Positions 40,197-49,850 of a stretch of DNA of 64,000 nt are shown in pieces. Source of the stretch: Anaerocolumna sp. (GTDB taxonomy: Bacteria; Bacillota; Clostridia; Lachnospirales; Lachnospiraceae); the NCBI GenBank assembly GCA_047972335.1, contig JBKEAO010000052.1, positions 18,935-82,934 of the forward strand, written 5' to 3'. Position 1 is the stretch's first letter; every line of letters begins with the position of its first letter. The translations under genes were made by a program, and so were the position numbers. The notes beneath the pieces are model-generated. The model was not told where the DNA came from. It worked only from the letters and a program-made list of their open reading frames with translations, and did not search any database.

Positions 40197-40682
40197 ATGA
40201 GTACAGTAATTAAAGTAGGGATGGCAGATCTTAATATATGTGCTGCTCCTAATTCCATAACCACCTTAGGACTAGGCTCCTGTGTTGGTATCATTTTATA
40301 TGATCCAATGAAGAAGTTAGCTGGTATGGTTCATATTATGCTACCGGATAGTTCCAAGATAAAAAACAATGAAAATAAAGCTAAATTTGCTGATACCGGA
40401 ATAGAAGAGTTGATTGCAAGGCTTGTAAAAGCTGGTGCTAATAGAAGTCGTCTGGTGGCTAAAATTGCAGGCGGAGCTCAAATGTTTGCATTCTCCTCTA
40501 ATAACGATATGTTACGAATTGGAGAAAGAAATATTGAGGCCAGTAAATCTATATTAAAGTCCTTAGGGATACGTCTGTTAGCAGAAGACACAGGATTGAA
40601 CTATGGTAGAACAATAGAATTTTTCCCTGAAACTGGTGAATTATATATAAAATCTGTAGGTAAGCTACTAAAAATCATGTAG
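40197..40682 (+). CDS. cheD: CheD deamidase
   Basis: TLGLGSCVG, HIMLP, AKIAGGAQMF, IGERN. Confidence 0.96.
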   Translation: MSTVIKVGMADLNICAAPNSITTLGLGSCVGIILYDPMKKLAGMVHIMLPDSSKIKNNENKAKFADTGIEELIARLVKAGANRSRLVAKIAGGAQMFAFSSNNDMLRIGERNIEASKSILKSLGIRLLAEDTGLNYGRTIEFFPETGELYIKSVGKLLKIM

Positions 40683-40702
40683 ATAGTGAGTAAGGTGAGA
40701 GT

Positions 40703-40996
40703 ATGAAGGAACGCTATATTGCACCAGCAGTCATGTTGATTGCGGGTGCCATAACCAGTATATTAAACATTATAGATGAGATTCCTGTATTAGATGGATT
40801 AATTAGATTACTTGTAGTTTTAATTATATTTTATATTTTGGGTAAAATAGTGACTGTTATCATTCGCAAAGCAACAAGACCTCGTATAGAGAAGGAAGAA
40901 ACGGTAGAAAATATAGAAAGTGAAAGTATTTCAGCTGAAAGTTTATCAAGTAAAAATCTTGCAGCAGAGGAGCAAGTTATAACAAGAGACCAATAA
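40703..40996 (+). CDS. Small two-TM hypothetical protein between cheD and sigD
   Basis: RBS AAGGTGAG; two hydrophobic helices, acidic tail; tight operon spacing. Confidence 0.75.
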   Translation: MKERYIAPAVMLIAGAITSILNIIDEIPVLDGLIRLLVVLIIFYILGKIVTVIIRKATRPRIEKEETVENIESESISAESLSSKNLAAEEQVITRDQ

Positions 40997-41018
40997 GTAG
41001 ATAACAAAGGAGCACATT

Positions 41019-41786
41019 ATGAATACGGATACCAAAGCAAAACTTTGGGTGGATTATAGTAAGAATAAAACACCCAATGGGCGTGAACAAATCATAATTG
41101 AATATGCAGGTCTAGTTAAGATTGTGGCGGGCCGTTTAAGTATGTATTTAGGTTATAATGTGGAGTACGATGATTTAGTAGGCTATGGTATGTTTGGCTT
41201 AATCGATGCAGTTGATAAATTTGATTATACAAAAGGTGTTAAATTTGAGACCTACGCTAGTTTTCGAATCAGAGGTGCAATTCTGGATGAAATAAGAAAG
41301 ATGGATTGGGTGCCTAGAACTTTGCGACAAAAGCAGAGAAAAATTGATGCTGCATATAGTAAAATTGAAGCGGAATCTGGAAGAATGGCTACTGATGAGG
41401 AAGTTGCCAAAGAGCTAGACATATCTGTAAAAGAATACGAGCAATGGCAAAGTCAGGCAAATGTTTCTAATTTATTTTCCTTGGACGAATTCATGGAACA
41501 AGGTGGGGAAGGTAAAGTAGAATCTACCTTAAGTTCGGAATTTGATTCCCCCGAAACAGTAGTTGCAAAGCAGGAATTAAAAGAGACATTAGTAAAGGCG
41601 TTAGAAAGTTTAACAGAGAAAGAAAAAACAGTTATTACTTTGTATTATTATGAAGAATTAACATTAAAAGAAATAAGTAATGTACTTGAAGTTTCTGAGT
41701 CAAGAATATCACAACTTCATACAAAAGCATTACAAAAAATGAAAACAAAATTGGGTGGAAACATTGAGATTCTAATGAATGGGTAG
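41019..41786 (+). CDS. sigD: Flagellar sigma factor SigD/FliA
   Basis: DDLVGYGMFGLIDA, RIRGAILDEIRKMDWVPR, LTLKEI..VL.VSESRISQLH. Confidence 0.96.
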   Translation: MNTDTKAKLWVDYSKNKTPNGREQIIIEYAGLVKIVAGRLSMYLGYNVEYDDLVGYGMFGLIDAVDKFDYTKGVKFETYASFRIRGAILDEIRKMDWVPRTLRQKQRKIDAAYSKIEAESGRMATDEEVAKELDISVKEYEQWQSQANVSNLFSLDEFMEQGGEGKVESTLSSEFDSPETVVAKQELKETLVKALESLTEKEKTVITLYYYEELTLKEISNVLEVSESRISQLHTKALQKMKTKLGGNIEILMNG

Positions 41787-41800
41787 GGAGGAAAATTAGG

Positions 41801-43405
41801 ATGGACGTTAAAAACGGTTATTTTCAATTAGAAATAAAACCGGATGGTACGTATCTAAGATTAATACCAGCTAATGAAAAAGGTAAAGCAGTAGATTTTA
41901 ATGAATTAAATGATTATTTGATTGACCATGGCATTTTTGAGTACGATATGAATTCGCTAATTGCCGCAGTAAATAAAGGGAAAACAAAAACAGCGGAAGT
42001 TAGACTTACACCTGTTAGAATATCACCAGTGGAAGAAACAATCAAAATCACTTTATCACAGGACCGTATGTTAGCTGTATGTTGCTTTTATCCTGCCTCA
42101 TCAGAGGGAGCTAGACTAACCAGGGGAAGTATTATAAATGAGTTAAACAAAGCTGGAATAAAAGCGGGTATTAACATGAAAATAATTAATACATTTTTAC
42201 AAAAAAGAGTCTATAATCAACAGTTTATAATTGCAAAGGGATTACAAGCAGTAGAAGGTCAAGACGCAATTCTTACCTATAAATTTAATACAGACAATAC
42301 CTTAAAACCCAAAGTGCAAGAAGATGGAAGCGTAGATTTTCATCAGCTTGATATGATAAGTTCAGTCAATAAAGGGGATGTTTTGGCTACTCTAACACCA
42401 GCTGTCTTTGGTGAACCAGGCATGGATATTGCTGGGGTCAGAATTCAACCCAAACGAGTGCTACAAAAGATATTAAAGCATGGTAAGGGAATACATTTAT
42501 CACAAGATGGATGTACCATGTATTCTGATACGGATGGACATGCAACCTTAATGGATGGGAAAGTTTTTGTATCTAATACCTTTGAAGTACTAGCCGATGT
42601 AGATGCCTCCACTGGAGATATTGTATACGAAGGCAATGTTATAGTAAAAGGTAATGTACTAACAGGGTATTCTATACATGCAAAAGGCGATATTATAGTC
42701 AATGGCGTGGTAGAAGGTGCCAAACTATTTGCCCAAGGACAAATCATTTTAAAGCGTGGTATGCAGGGAATGAGTAAGGGTAAGATGCAGGCTGGCAGTA
42801 ACATTATTAGCAAATTCATTGAAAATGCAGAGGTAAGAGCAGGTGGATATATCAGTACAGAGGCAATTCTACATAGCAAAGTCTCTGCAAAAAGAGAAGT
42901 CATATTAGGTGGGAAAAAAGGGTTTATTACTGGTGGAGAGATTCAATCAGGACTTATGATATCAGCAAAGACAGCTGGATCAACGATGGGAACAGCGACT
43001 GTTCTTGAGGTGGGAATTGATCCTAGGGTAATGGATGAATATCGTACTGTGCAAAAGAGTATCTCCCAAATGGAACGTGATTTAGGTAAATTACTTCCTA
43101 TTATTGAAACCTATAAAAACAAAATAACTGCTGGTGAAAAGATACCTCAGGACAGGCTAGAGTACATAAGACTTGCTACAAATAATTGTATTGCCCTAAG
43201 AAATGAAATCAAAGAATTGACCAAAAGAAGTGATGAACTTCAAATAGAAATGAGTGAACAAACCGGTGGATATATTCGAATAGAGAACATTGCTTATCCA
43301 GGTGTTAAAATTGTTATTTCTAATGTTAATTATTACGTAAGAAAAGAAACACATTATTCTAAGTTTATCAGGGATAAAGCCGATATTAAGGTGGTTTCAT
43401 TATAA
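41801..43405 (+). CDS. FapA/DUF342 family protein
   Basis: DGSVDF, V.KGDVLA.L.P..GEPG.DI.G, DVDASTGDIVYEGNVIVKGNV beta-helix-type repeats. Confidence 0.88.
   Translation: MDVKNGYFQLEIKPDGTYLRLIPANEKGKAVDFNELNDYLIDHGIFEYDMNSLIAAVNKGKTKTAEVRLTPVRISPVEETIKITLSQDRMLAVCCFYPASSEGARLTRGSIINELNKAGIKAGINMKIINTFLQKRVYNQQFIIAKGLQAVEGQDAILTYKFNTDNTLKPKVQEDGSVDFHQLDMISSVNKGDVLATLTPAVFGEPGMDIAGVRIQPKRVLQKILKHGKGIHLSQDGCTMYSDTDGHATLMDGKVFVSNTFEVLADVDASTGDIVYEGNVIVKGNVLTGYSIHAKGDIIVNGVVEGAKLFAQGQIILKRGMQGMSKGKMQAGSNIISKFIENAEVRAGGYISTEAILHSKVSAKREVILGGKKGFITGGEIQSGLMISAKTAGSTMGTATVLEVGIDPRVMDEYRTVQKSISQMERDLGKLLPIIETYKNKITAGEKIPQDRLEYIRLATNNCIALRNEIKELTKRSDELQIEMSEQTGGYIRIENIAYPGVKIVISNVNYYVRKETHYSKFIRDKADIKVVSL
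43360..43386 (+). promoter_or_regulatory. Candidate internal SigD promoter in the 3' end of the DUF342 gene
   Basis: TAAG-15 nt-GCCGATAT versus consensus TAAA-N15-GCCGATAT; RBS and ATG 20-33 nt downstream. Confidence 0.55.
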
Positions 43406-43418
43406 GGGAGGAATTTGT

Positions 43419-43736
43419 ATGCCAATTACTCGAATTGAAGTTGCTGCAATGGCTCCTAAATCACAGGATGCTTCTTTATACCGTCAGCAGCAGATCCAAA
43501 AGCCAGTGAATGAACAGATACAGATTCATCAGCATATTAACTCAGAAATCAAACATAATAATCAACAAACGGTTAAAATGCAAAAAAGTGAAAATAACGA
43601 ATATCGTTATGATGCAAAAGAGAAGGGAAACAATAGCCATTCAGGTAAGAAGGGTAAGAAGAAAAAAGATAGTGAAAAAGAATCCAAATCTAAGTCAGAA
43701 CTGCCTTACTTAGGTTCTATTGATATTCGAATTTAA
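43419..43736 (+). CDS. Small hydrophilic hypothetical protein ending in IDIRI
   Basis: RBS GGGAGG; Gln-rich N-half, Lys-rich C-half. Confidence 0.8.
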   Translation: MPITRIEVAAMAPKSQDASLYRQQQIQKPVNEQIQIHQHINSEIKHNNQQTVKMQKSENNEYRYDAKEKGNNSHSGKKGKKKKDSEKESKSKSELPYLGSIDIRI

Positions 43737-43838
43737 CCGGTAGAAGAGCACTAAAATTTAGTAAGAAAGGTAGCCATTAAGTGATTTCTTCATTTTGTGG
43801 CCATATCTCAAAATCTGAGATATAAAAGGGTGTAAAGT

Positions 43839-44519
43839 ATGACCATACTAGTGGTAATTCTAATCATTGTGGGGATTGCACTAATCGTTTTAAGTCTTTT
43901 CTTAGTGGAAGAAAACAAATTTAATCCAGATGAATACGTAAAACTGTTAACGGACAGAGAACTAAGTATATCAGAAACAGGTAAGTTAAGAAATCAGGTT
44001 GAAGAAATTATCACAGAGGTGAGAGAGACTCAGATTGAAAAAACAGATGATGAACTAAGCCTAATATCTAATGAGAAAATAATAGCTGTGAGTGACTTTT
44101 CGGAGCAAGTTTTAGAAAAAATCAGTAGAAACCATGAAGAAGTAATCTTTTTATATAATATGCTCAATGAAAAACAGGAAGAATTAAAAACCCTTATGTT
44201 AGAGGCTAACAAAATCAAAGTTAAGTTAGAAGAACCTGTTAAGCTTGAGCAAAACAAAGGGCAGATGAATAAAGAAGTAGTCAAAGGGGATGGCTTTAAG
44301 AGTGGCAGAGATGTAAAAGAGGCGAATAATGATAGCACTTCCAAGCCTGTAAAGGATGTAACCATGGCTAAGATGCAAGAAGAACAAGCGCCTGATAATC
44401 ATAATCAAAAAATTCTTGAACTTTATTCCCAAGGTTTTTCTATTGTGGATATTTCTAAGTCCTTAGAGATAGGACAGGGAGAAGTTAAATTAGTAGTTGA
44501 TTTATATAAACAGGCTTAA
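43839..44519 (+). CDS. DUF6115/SwrB-like membrane protein with C-terminal HTH
   Basis: N-terminal TM, coiled coil, ILELYSQGFSIVDISKSLEIGQGEVKLVVDL. Confidence 0.75.
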   Translation: MTILVVILIIVGIALIVLSLFLVEENKFNPDEYVKLLTDRELSISETGKLRNQVEEIITEVRETQIEKTDDELSLISNEKIIAVSDFSEQVLEKISRNHEEVIFLYNMLNEKQEELKTLMLEANKIKVKLEEPVKLEQNKGQMNKEVVKGDGFKSGRDVKEANNDSTSKPVKDVTMAKMQEEQAPDNHNQKILELYSQGFSIVDISKSLEIGQGEVKLVVDLYKQA

Positions 44520-44645
44520 AATAGAATTACTTTTTATAGATAAACGATGAAAACTTCATAAAAGATAATATCCTATTAAAACATTGTGAGTCTAAAAACA
44601 TGTTGTGAAAAAACATTAAATATTGAGAATCTATGTGGTGATAAA

Positions 44646-45281
44646 ATGAAAAGAAAATACTATTTAAGAGGTATTGGAATAGGCATTATTTTCTCAGCTG
44701 TGATTATGTCGATTGCCTATAATACATCTGATATAAAGAATATGACAGAGGAAGAAATTATAGAAAGAGCCATGGAACTTGGAATGATTTATGAAGACGA
44801 ACATTCTAAATTAGATGACTTATTATCTACTATAACTCCTAGTCCTAATCCTGAAGGTAATGAAACAAATGATGTACAACCTACTGAGGAAGTGAAGGAA
44901 GAAACCTTGCCAACAGGGGAACCTGAGACAGAATTAGATGACGATTCTAAAAATGATACAGAGAAAGAACCTACAACTGACCCAGAAAAGAGTTCAGGGG
45001 ACACTGAAACTGACAGTGATACTGGATCAAATGAAAATAAAGATGAAATAAATGAAGAAACTAAACAAGAGAAGAAGATCAGTGTAGAAATTACTAATGG
45101 AATGAGCTCAGAAACTGTAGCAAAACTTCTAAAATCAAAAGGAGTAATTGAAGACCCAGCTGCTTTTAATCAATATCTAATATTAAATAAATATACAAAA
45201 GATATTGGAATAGGTACTTATGAGTTAGAACCTTACTCAAGTTATAAAACCATTACAGATATAATAATTTTAGGAAATTAA
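44646..45281 (+). CDS. Membrane protein with MltG/YceG N-terminal-like domain only
   Basis: YYLRGIGIGII TM, acidic linker, VEITNGMSSETVAKLLKSKGVI...F...GTYEL. Confidence 0.7.
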   Translation: MKRKYYLRGIGIGIIFSAVIMSIAYNTSDIKNMTEEEIIERAMELGMIYEDEHSKLDDLLSTITPSPNPEGNETNDVQPTEEVKEETLPTGEPETELDDDSKNDTEKEPTTDPEKSSGDTETDSDTGSNENKDEINEETKQEKKISVEITNGMSSETVAKLLKSKGVIEDPAAFNQYLILNKYTKDIGIGTYELEPYSSYKTITDIIILGN

Positions 45282-45322
45282 AAACCTATTCAAGCAACAC
45301 TAGAATTACAAATTGCTAAGTA

Positions 45323-45361
45323 AAAAAGACACCTCAAAATTAATCAATGAGGTGTCTTTTT
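45323..45361. terminator. Bidirectional intrinsic terminator ending the fla/che operon
   Basis: AAAAAGACACCTCA / TGAGGTGTCTTTTT. Confidence 0.85.
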
Positions 45362-45440
45362 AGTATGGAATTACATCTTACATCTAAGTCCACGATAGAA
45401 TAATTAAGATTAAAATAATAATAATTCTCTATTATTTTGC

Positions 45441-45486
45441 AAAAAAAACTCTGAACCCCTGCGATATCAAGGTATTCAGAGCTTTT
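45441..45486 (-). terminator. Terminator downstream of tRNA-Leu
   Basis: CTCTGAA / TTCAGAG stem with A8 on + (U-tract on -). Confidence 0.6.
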
Positions 45487-45493
45487 ATATTAA

Positions 45494-45576
45494 TGCGGAT
45501 AGAGGGACTCGAACCCTCACAAGGTCACCCTTGGCAGATTTTGAGTCTGCTGCGTCTGCCATTCCGCCACATCCGC
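45494..45576 (-). tRNA. tRNA-Leu (anticodon CAA), CCA not encoded
   Basis: Reverse complement GCGGATGTGGCGGAATGGCAGACGCA-GCAGA-CTCAAAA-TCTGC, long variable arm, GAGGGTTCGAGTCCCTC T-arm, TATCCGCA. Confidence 0.95.
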
Positions 45577-45595
45577 GCGTGAACTAGCGAAGATA

Positions 45596-45624
45596 ATTCT
45601 ACCATAGATGGAAGCATATTGCAA
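45596..45624 (-). promoter_or_regulatory. Sigma-A promoter of tRNA-Leu
   Basis: On - strand: TTGCAA-17 nt-TAGAAT with TG extension. Confidence 0.7.
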
Positions 45625-45683
45625 GTACTAAATTATAAATTACAAGTTTTGTTTTATTATTCGGACTTAGGTAAAAATGTTTG

Positions 45684-45712
45684 TTGAAACATCCCTTAAA
45701 AAAGGGTAAAAT
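45684..45712 (+). promoter_or_regulatory. Sigma-A promoter for zf-HC2 gene / polA
   Basis: TTGAAA-17 nt-TAAAAT. Confidence 0.65.
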
Positions 45713-45760
45713 AGATTATTAAAGGAAATAATAATGTGAAAAAGAAAGGTTGTAGGATAA

Positions 45761-46321
45761 ATGAATTGCATAGAAGTACAAAGGCTTATATTGCCCTTTA
45801 TTAATGACGAGCTTAGTATAAAGCAATTGGATGAATTTCTTCATCATATAAATTCCTGCCCTAATTGTAAAGAAGAATTAGAAGTTCATTACATCCTTTT
45901 ATCTGGTATGAAACAACTTGATGATGATAAAGAAATTAGCGATAATTTTCATAAAGACTTTACAGAACTATTGCGTTTATCTGAAGAACGAGTAGTACAT
46001 AATAGATTTGTACATATCAGGAAAAGGATTGTATTAGTTGTTCTAATATCCATTGTAGCGATTGTATCAAGTTTTCGATTTGGCGAATTTGTTGTGGATG
46101 ACGTTTTAAATATAGACCCTAAAGAAAGTAGCTATAACCTAAATTATCTATTTTTTATGGATATGCCAGGGGATTACGAGAAGGATTTAGACCAATTAAA
46201 CCCGAATGGCTTAACTGCTAAAAGCCTTCTTAAACTACAAAGCATATATGATTATTTAAGTATAAATGATGAAGAGGGTGCTAAAATAATGGAAGAAAAA
46301 CTAAGTAAGTATTTGAAGTGA
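45761..46321 (+). CDS. zf-HC2 (ZAS) anti-sigma-factor-like membrane protein
   Basis: MNC......FINDEL.......HHINSCPNC (HxxxCxxC) followed by a TM helix. Confidence 0.82.
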   Translation: MNCIEVQRLILPFINDELSIKQLDEFLHHINSCPNCKEELEVHYILLSGMKQLDDDKEISDNFHKDFTELLRLSEERVVHNRFVHIRKRIVLVVLISIVAIVSSFRFGEFVVDDVLNIDPKESSYNLNYLFFMDMPGDYEKDLDQLNPNGLTAKSLLKLQSIYDYLSINDEEGAKIMEEKLSKYLK

Positions 46322-46430
46322 GTATAAGTAAGTATTTGAAGTGAGTATATGTAAGTATTTGAAGTTAGAATATAAAGTAAGAATTTGAAGCACGTAACTA
46401 AGTTAGTATTTAAGTAAGAATTTAAGTAAA
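46302..46430 (+). repeat. Decaying 23-bp tandem repeat TAAGTAAGTATTTGAAGTGAGTA spanning the zf-HC2 stop codon
   Basis: Two perfect copies (46302, 46325) then progressively diverged copies. Confidence 0.85.
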
Positions 46431-46485
46431 TATTTTTGTAAATATGATAGGTTTTAAAAAGAGTATGAGAACTGAGGAGATAAAG

Positions 46486-49143
46486 ATGGGCGAAAAATTA
46501 GTATTAATAGATGGACACAGCATATTAAATAGGGCTTTTTATGGACTTCCTATATTGACTAACTCAGAAGGAGTCTATACAAATGCAGTCCTGGGATTTA
46601 TAAATATTATGTTAAAAATACTAGATGAGGAGAAACCAGATTATGTAACAGTTGCGTTTGATGTACATCATCCGACTTTTCGCCATGAGATGTTTGAGGC
46701 CTATAAGGGGACAAGAAAATCCATGCCTGAAGAATTAAGACCACAGGTTCCTCTACTAAAAGAAGTGTTAAGAGCCATGAATGTGACGATTGTTGAAAAG
46801 GCTGGATATGAAGCAGATGATTTACTTGGAACTCTTGCTAAAATGGGTGAAGAGAAGGGACTTTTGGTTTCCTTGGTATCTGGCGATAGAGACTTACTAC
46901 AATTGGCAAGTGAAAAAATAAAGATTCGTATACCCAAAACAAAAAAGGGTGGTACAGAAATTGAAAATTATAATACAAAAGATGTTATAGAAACTTATGG
47001 TGTAACACCTACAGAATTTATAGATCTAAAAGGACTAATGGGAGATCCCTCTGATAATATACCAGGGGTTCCAGGGGTAGGTGAAAAAACAGCGCAAAAG
47101 ATTATTGCAAACTTCCATTCTATAGAGAATGCATATCTTCATATTGAAGAAGTAACACCTCCTAAGGCAAAAGAAGCATTAAGAAATCATTACGAGCAAG
47201 CCATTCTTAGTAAAGTATTAGCAACCATTAAGGTGGATTGTGAGTTAGAATATAGTCTGCAGGATGCAAGAATAGATAATCTATATAATGAAAACACCTA
47301 TACTTATTTTAAAAAATTGGAATTTAAAAATTTATTAAATCGATTTATGGACAAGCTTTCCCAAAGTAAACCTATAGTAGCTGAGAGTGAGATTACACGA
47401 ATTACCGATGTGGCATCTGCTAATCATGTATTTGAAAGTATGTATGCGACGAAGGAAAATGTTGTACCAGGATTTTTCTTATGTACAGAGAATAAAAACT
47501 TGATTGGACTTTCCTTATCTTATAATGAGAAAGATAAGCTATTCCTATCCCTTGAGGGCGATATCACAAAGGAATATTTAAGTGAGAAATTATCTGTGTT
47601 TTTATTAGAAAAGGGGAGAAAACTATCTGGTTTTCATGTGAAACAACAGCTAGGATTGTTAGAGAAGGGGATAAATCAAGGCATCTTTGATTGTATGATT
47701 GCTGCCTACCTTTTAAACCCCTTAGGTGATTCTTATGAGAGTGATGATATTGGAAGAGATTATTTAAATGAAGTATATCCTTCTTATCAGGAACAATTTG
47801 GAAAACTATCTCTTATGGACGCCTATCATGAAAAAGAGAATGAGTTTTTAAACTATTGCTGTAATATGAGCTATGTAGCTTTTAAAGCAATGCCTGTTCT
47901 AGAAGAAGCCTTAGATACAGCTGCTATGAAAGAATTGTTTTATGATATAGAAATGCCTCTTGTTTATTCGCTATATGATATGGAGAGCAGAGGAATTAGG
48001 GTAAATAAAGAAGCACTGAAAGAATATGGTGATAAATTAGCAGTTAGTATCAAAGCGTTAGAGGAAAAGATTTATTCTTATGTTGATGAAGAATTTAATA
48101 TCAATTCACCAAAACAGTTAGGTGTTATTCTTTTTGAAAAATTACATTTACCTTTTGGTAAGAAAACAAAAACAGGCTATTCCACATCTGCGGATATATT
48201 GGAAAAATTAAAAGTAGAGCATCCTGTGGTGGAACTAATTTTAGAATATAGACAAGTTACAAAACTAAAGTCTACCTATGCAGACGGACTTGCTAGTTAT
48301 ATTGGAGTTGATGAGAGGATACATGGTAAATTCCATCAGACCATTGCTGCTACAGGAAGAATCAGTAGTACAGAACCCAATCTTCAAAATATACCCATTC
48401 GAATGGAACTAGGCAGGGAGATTAGAAAGGTCTTTATTCCAGAGAAAGATTATATCTTTTTGGATGCAGACTATTCTCAAATTGAACTTAGAGTGTTAGC
48501 GCATATGTCTGAGGATGAAAGATTAATTAAGGCCTATAAAACGGATCAGGACATTCATAAAATAACTGCATCCCAAGTATTTCATACACCGATAGAGGAG
48601 GTAACTTCTTTGCAGAGAAGAAATGCAAAGGCTGTTAATTTTGGCATTGTATATGGCATTAGTTCCTTTGGTTTAGGCCAGGATTTAAATATCACTCGTA
48701 AAGAAGCAGAAACTTATATCAATAAATATTTTGAAACCTATCCTAAGGTGAAGACCTTCCTTGATGGATTAGTAGAAAAGGGTAAAAATGATGGTTATGT
48801 AAGTACCCTTTATCATAGAAAAAGACCAATACCAGAGCTTAGTTCATCTAACTTTATGTCTCGTTCCTTTGGAGAGAGGGTTGCCATGAATTCACCCATA
48901 CAAGGTACGGCTGCTGATATCATTAAGATTGCAATGATTCGTGTAAATGATAAATTAAAAGGACTTAAATTAAAATCAAGACTGATTTTGCAAATCCATG
49001 ATGAACTTTTAATAGAAACCCATAAAGATGAAGTTGAAGTGGTAGGTAAGATACTAAAAGAAGAAATGGAGCAGGCAGCTTCCTTAAGTGTACCTCTTGA
49101 TGTTGATGTGAATTCCGGTGAAAATTGGTATGAAGCAAAATAA
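46486..49143 (+). CDS. polA: DNA polymerase I
   Basis: LIDGHSILNRAFY, GDPSDNIPGVPGVGEKTA, TGRISSTEPNLQNIP, DYSQIELRVLAH, KAVNFGIVYG, QIHDEL; ATG after GAGGAG. Confidence 0.98.
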   Translation: MGEKLVLIDGHSILNRAFYGLPILTNSEGVYTNAVLGFINIMLKILDEEKPDYVTVAFDVHHPTFRHEMFEAYKGTRKSMPEELRPQVPLLKEVLRAMNVTIVEKAGYEADDLLGTLAKMGEEKGLLVSLVSGDRDLLQLASEKIKIRIPKTKKGGTEIENYNTKDVIETYGVTPTEFIDLKGLMGDPSDNIPGVPGVGEKTAQKIIANFHSIENAYLHIEEVTPPKAKEALRNHYEQAILSKVLATIKVDCELEYSLQDARIDNLYNENTYTYFKKLEFKNLLNRFMDKLSQSKPIVAESEITRITDVASANHVFESMYATKENVVPGFFLCTENKNLIGLSLSYNEKDKLFLSLEGDITKEYLSEKLSVFLLEKGRKLSGFHVKQQLGLLEKGINQGIFDCMIAAYLLNPLGDSYESDDIGRDYLNEVYPSYQEQFGKLSLMDAYHEKENEFLNYCCNMSYVAFKAMPVLEEALDTAAMKELFYDIEMPLVYSLYDMESRGIRVNKEALKEYGDKLAVSIKALEEKIYSYVDEEFNINSPKQLGVILFEKLHLPFGKKTKTGYSTSADILEKLKVEHPVVELILEYRQVTKLKSTYADGLASYIGVDERIHGKFHQTIAATGRISSTEPNLQNIPIRMELGREIRKVFIPEKDYIFLDADYSQIELRVLAHMSEDERLIKAYKTDQDIHKITASQVFHTPIEEVTSLQRRNAKAVNFGIVYGISSFGLGQDLNITRKEAETYINKYFETYPKVKTFLDGLVEKGKNDGYVSTLYHRKRPIPELSSSNFMSRSFGERVAMNSPIQGTAADIIKIAMIRVNDKLKGLKLKSRLILQIHDELLIETHKDEVEVVGKILKEEMEQAASLSVPLDVDVNSGENWYEAK

Positions 49144-49186
49144 ATGAACGGATTCAAACAGTGTACTGTTTGTATGGAAAGGTATT

Positions 49187-49774
49187 ATGAGAGTTATAGG
49201 AATAACAGGCGGTATAGGCAGTGGAAAATCTGTGGTTTGTGAAATGCTAAAGAATCAGTATGGGGCATTTTTAATTAATATGGATCAAATTGCCCATTCT
49301 TTCATGGAGCCAGGCAATGTTTCCTATGAATTGATTGTAAAACATTTTGGTCAAGATATCCTTGATGAGAAGGGTCATATTGATAGAAGGAAACTAGGTG
49401 AAATTGTATATAAAGAGGAAGAACAGCTAAAGTGTCTGAATTCTTTTACCCATCCTTATGTACTAAGTTATGTGAGGGAATTAATTAAGGAAAAGAGAAA
49501 ATCAAATGAGAATTTAGTTTGTGTAGAGTCTGCATTACCCATTGAGGGGAAGCTTACTCAAATTTGTGATGAAGTTTGGTATGTAAGAACCTCAGATTCT
49601 TTGCGAAGCGAAAGGCTTAGGGAGAATAGAAAATATACAACTGAGAAAATAGATGGTATTTTTAAAAAGCAGATTTCAGAAGAACAATATAAAGAGATTG
49701 GAACAAAAATTATTTGGAATGAATCATCTTACGATGTTTTACTTAAGCAGATAGAGATTTTGTTAAAAGAATAA
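49187..49774 (+). CDS. coaE: Dephospho-CoA kinase
   Basis: VIGITGGIGSGKS, IDRRKLG, THP; follows polA. Confidence 0.95.
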   Translation: MRVIGITGGIGSGKSVVCEMLKNQYGAFLINMDQIAHSFMEPGNVSYELIVKHFGQDILDEKGHIDRRKLGEIVYKEEEQLKCLNSFTHPYVLSYVRELIKEKRKSNENLVCVESALPIEGKLTQICDEVWYVRTSDSLRSERLRENRKYTTEKIDGIFKKQISEEQYKEIGTKIIWNESSYDVLLKQIEILLKE

Positions 49775-49850
49775 ACAAAAATGATATTTTCCTTTGCCAA
49801 AGGAATTGGTTGCGGAAAGTTATTGGTTGTGGAAAGGTATGGATATTTAT

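Noticed and set aside
45494..45576. tRNA-Leu as an integration site for an island
   Set aside because: No integrase, no duplicated tRNA 3' end seen, and flanking genes are core
49155..49172. Palindrome CAAACAGT-GT-ACTGTTTG between polA and coaE as a LexA operator
   Set aside because: Does not match the Firmicute CGAAC-N4-GTTCG box; single occurrence with no assignable function
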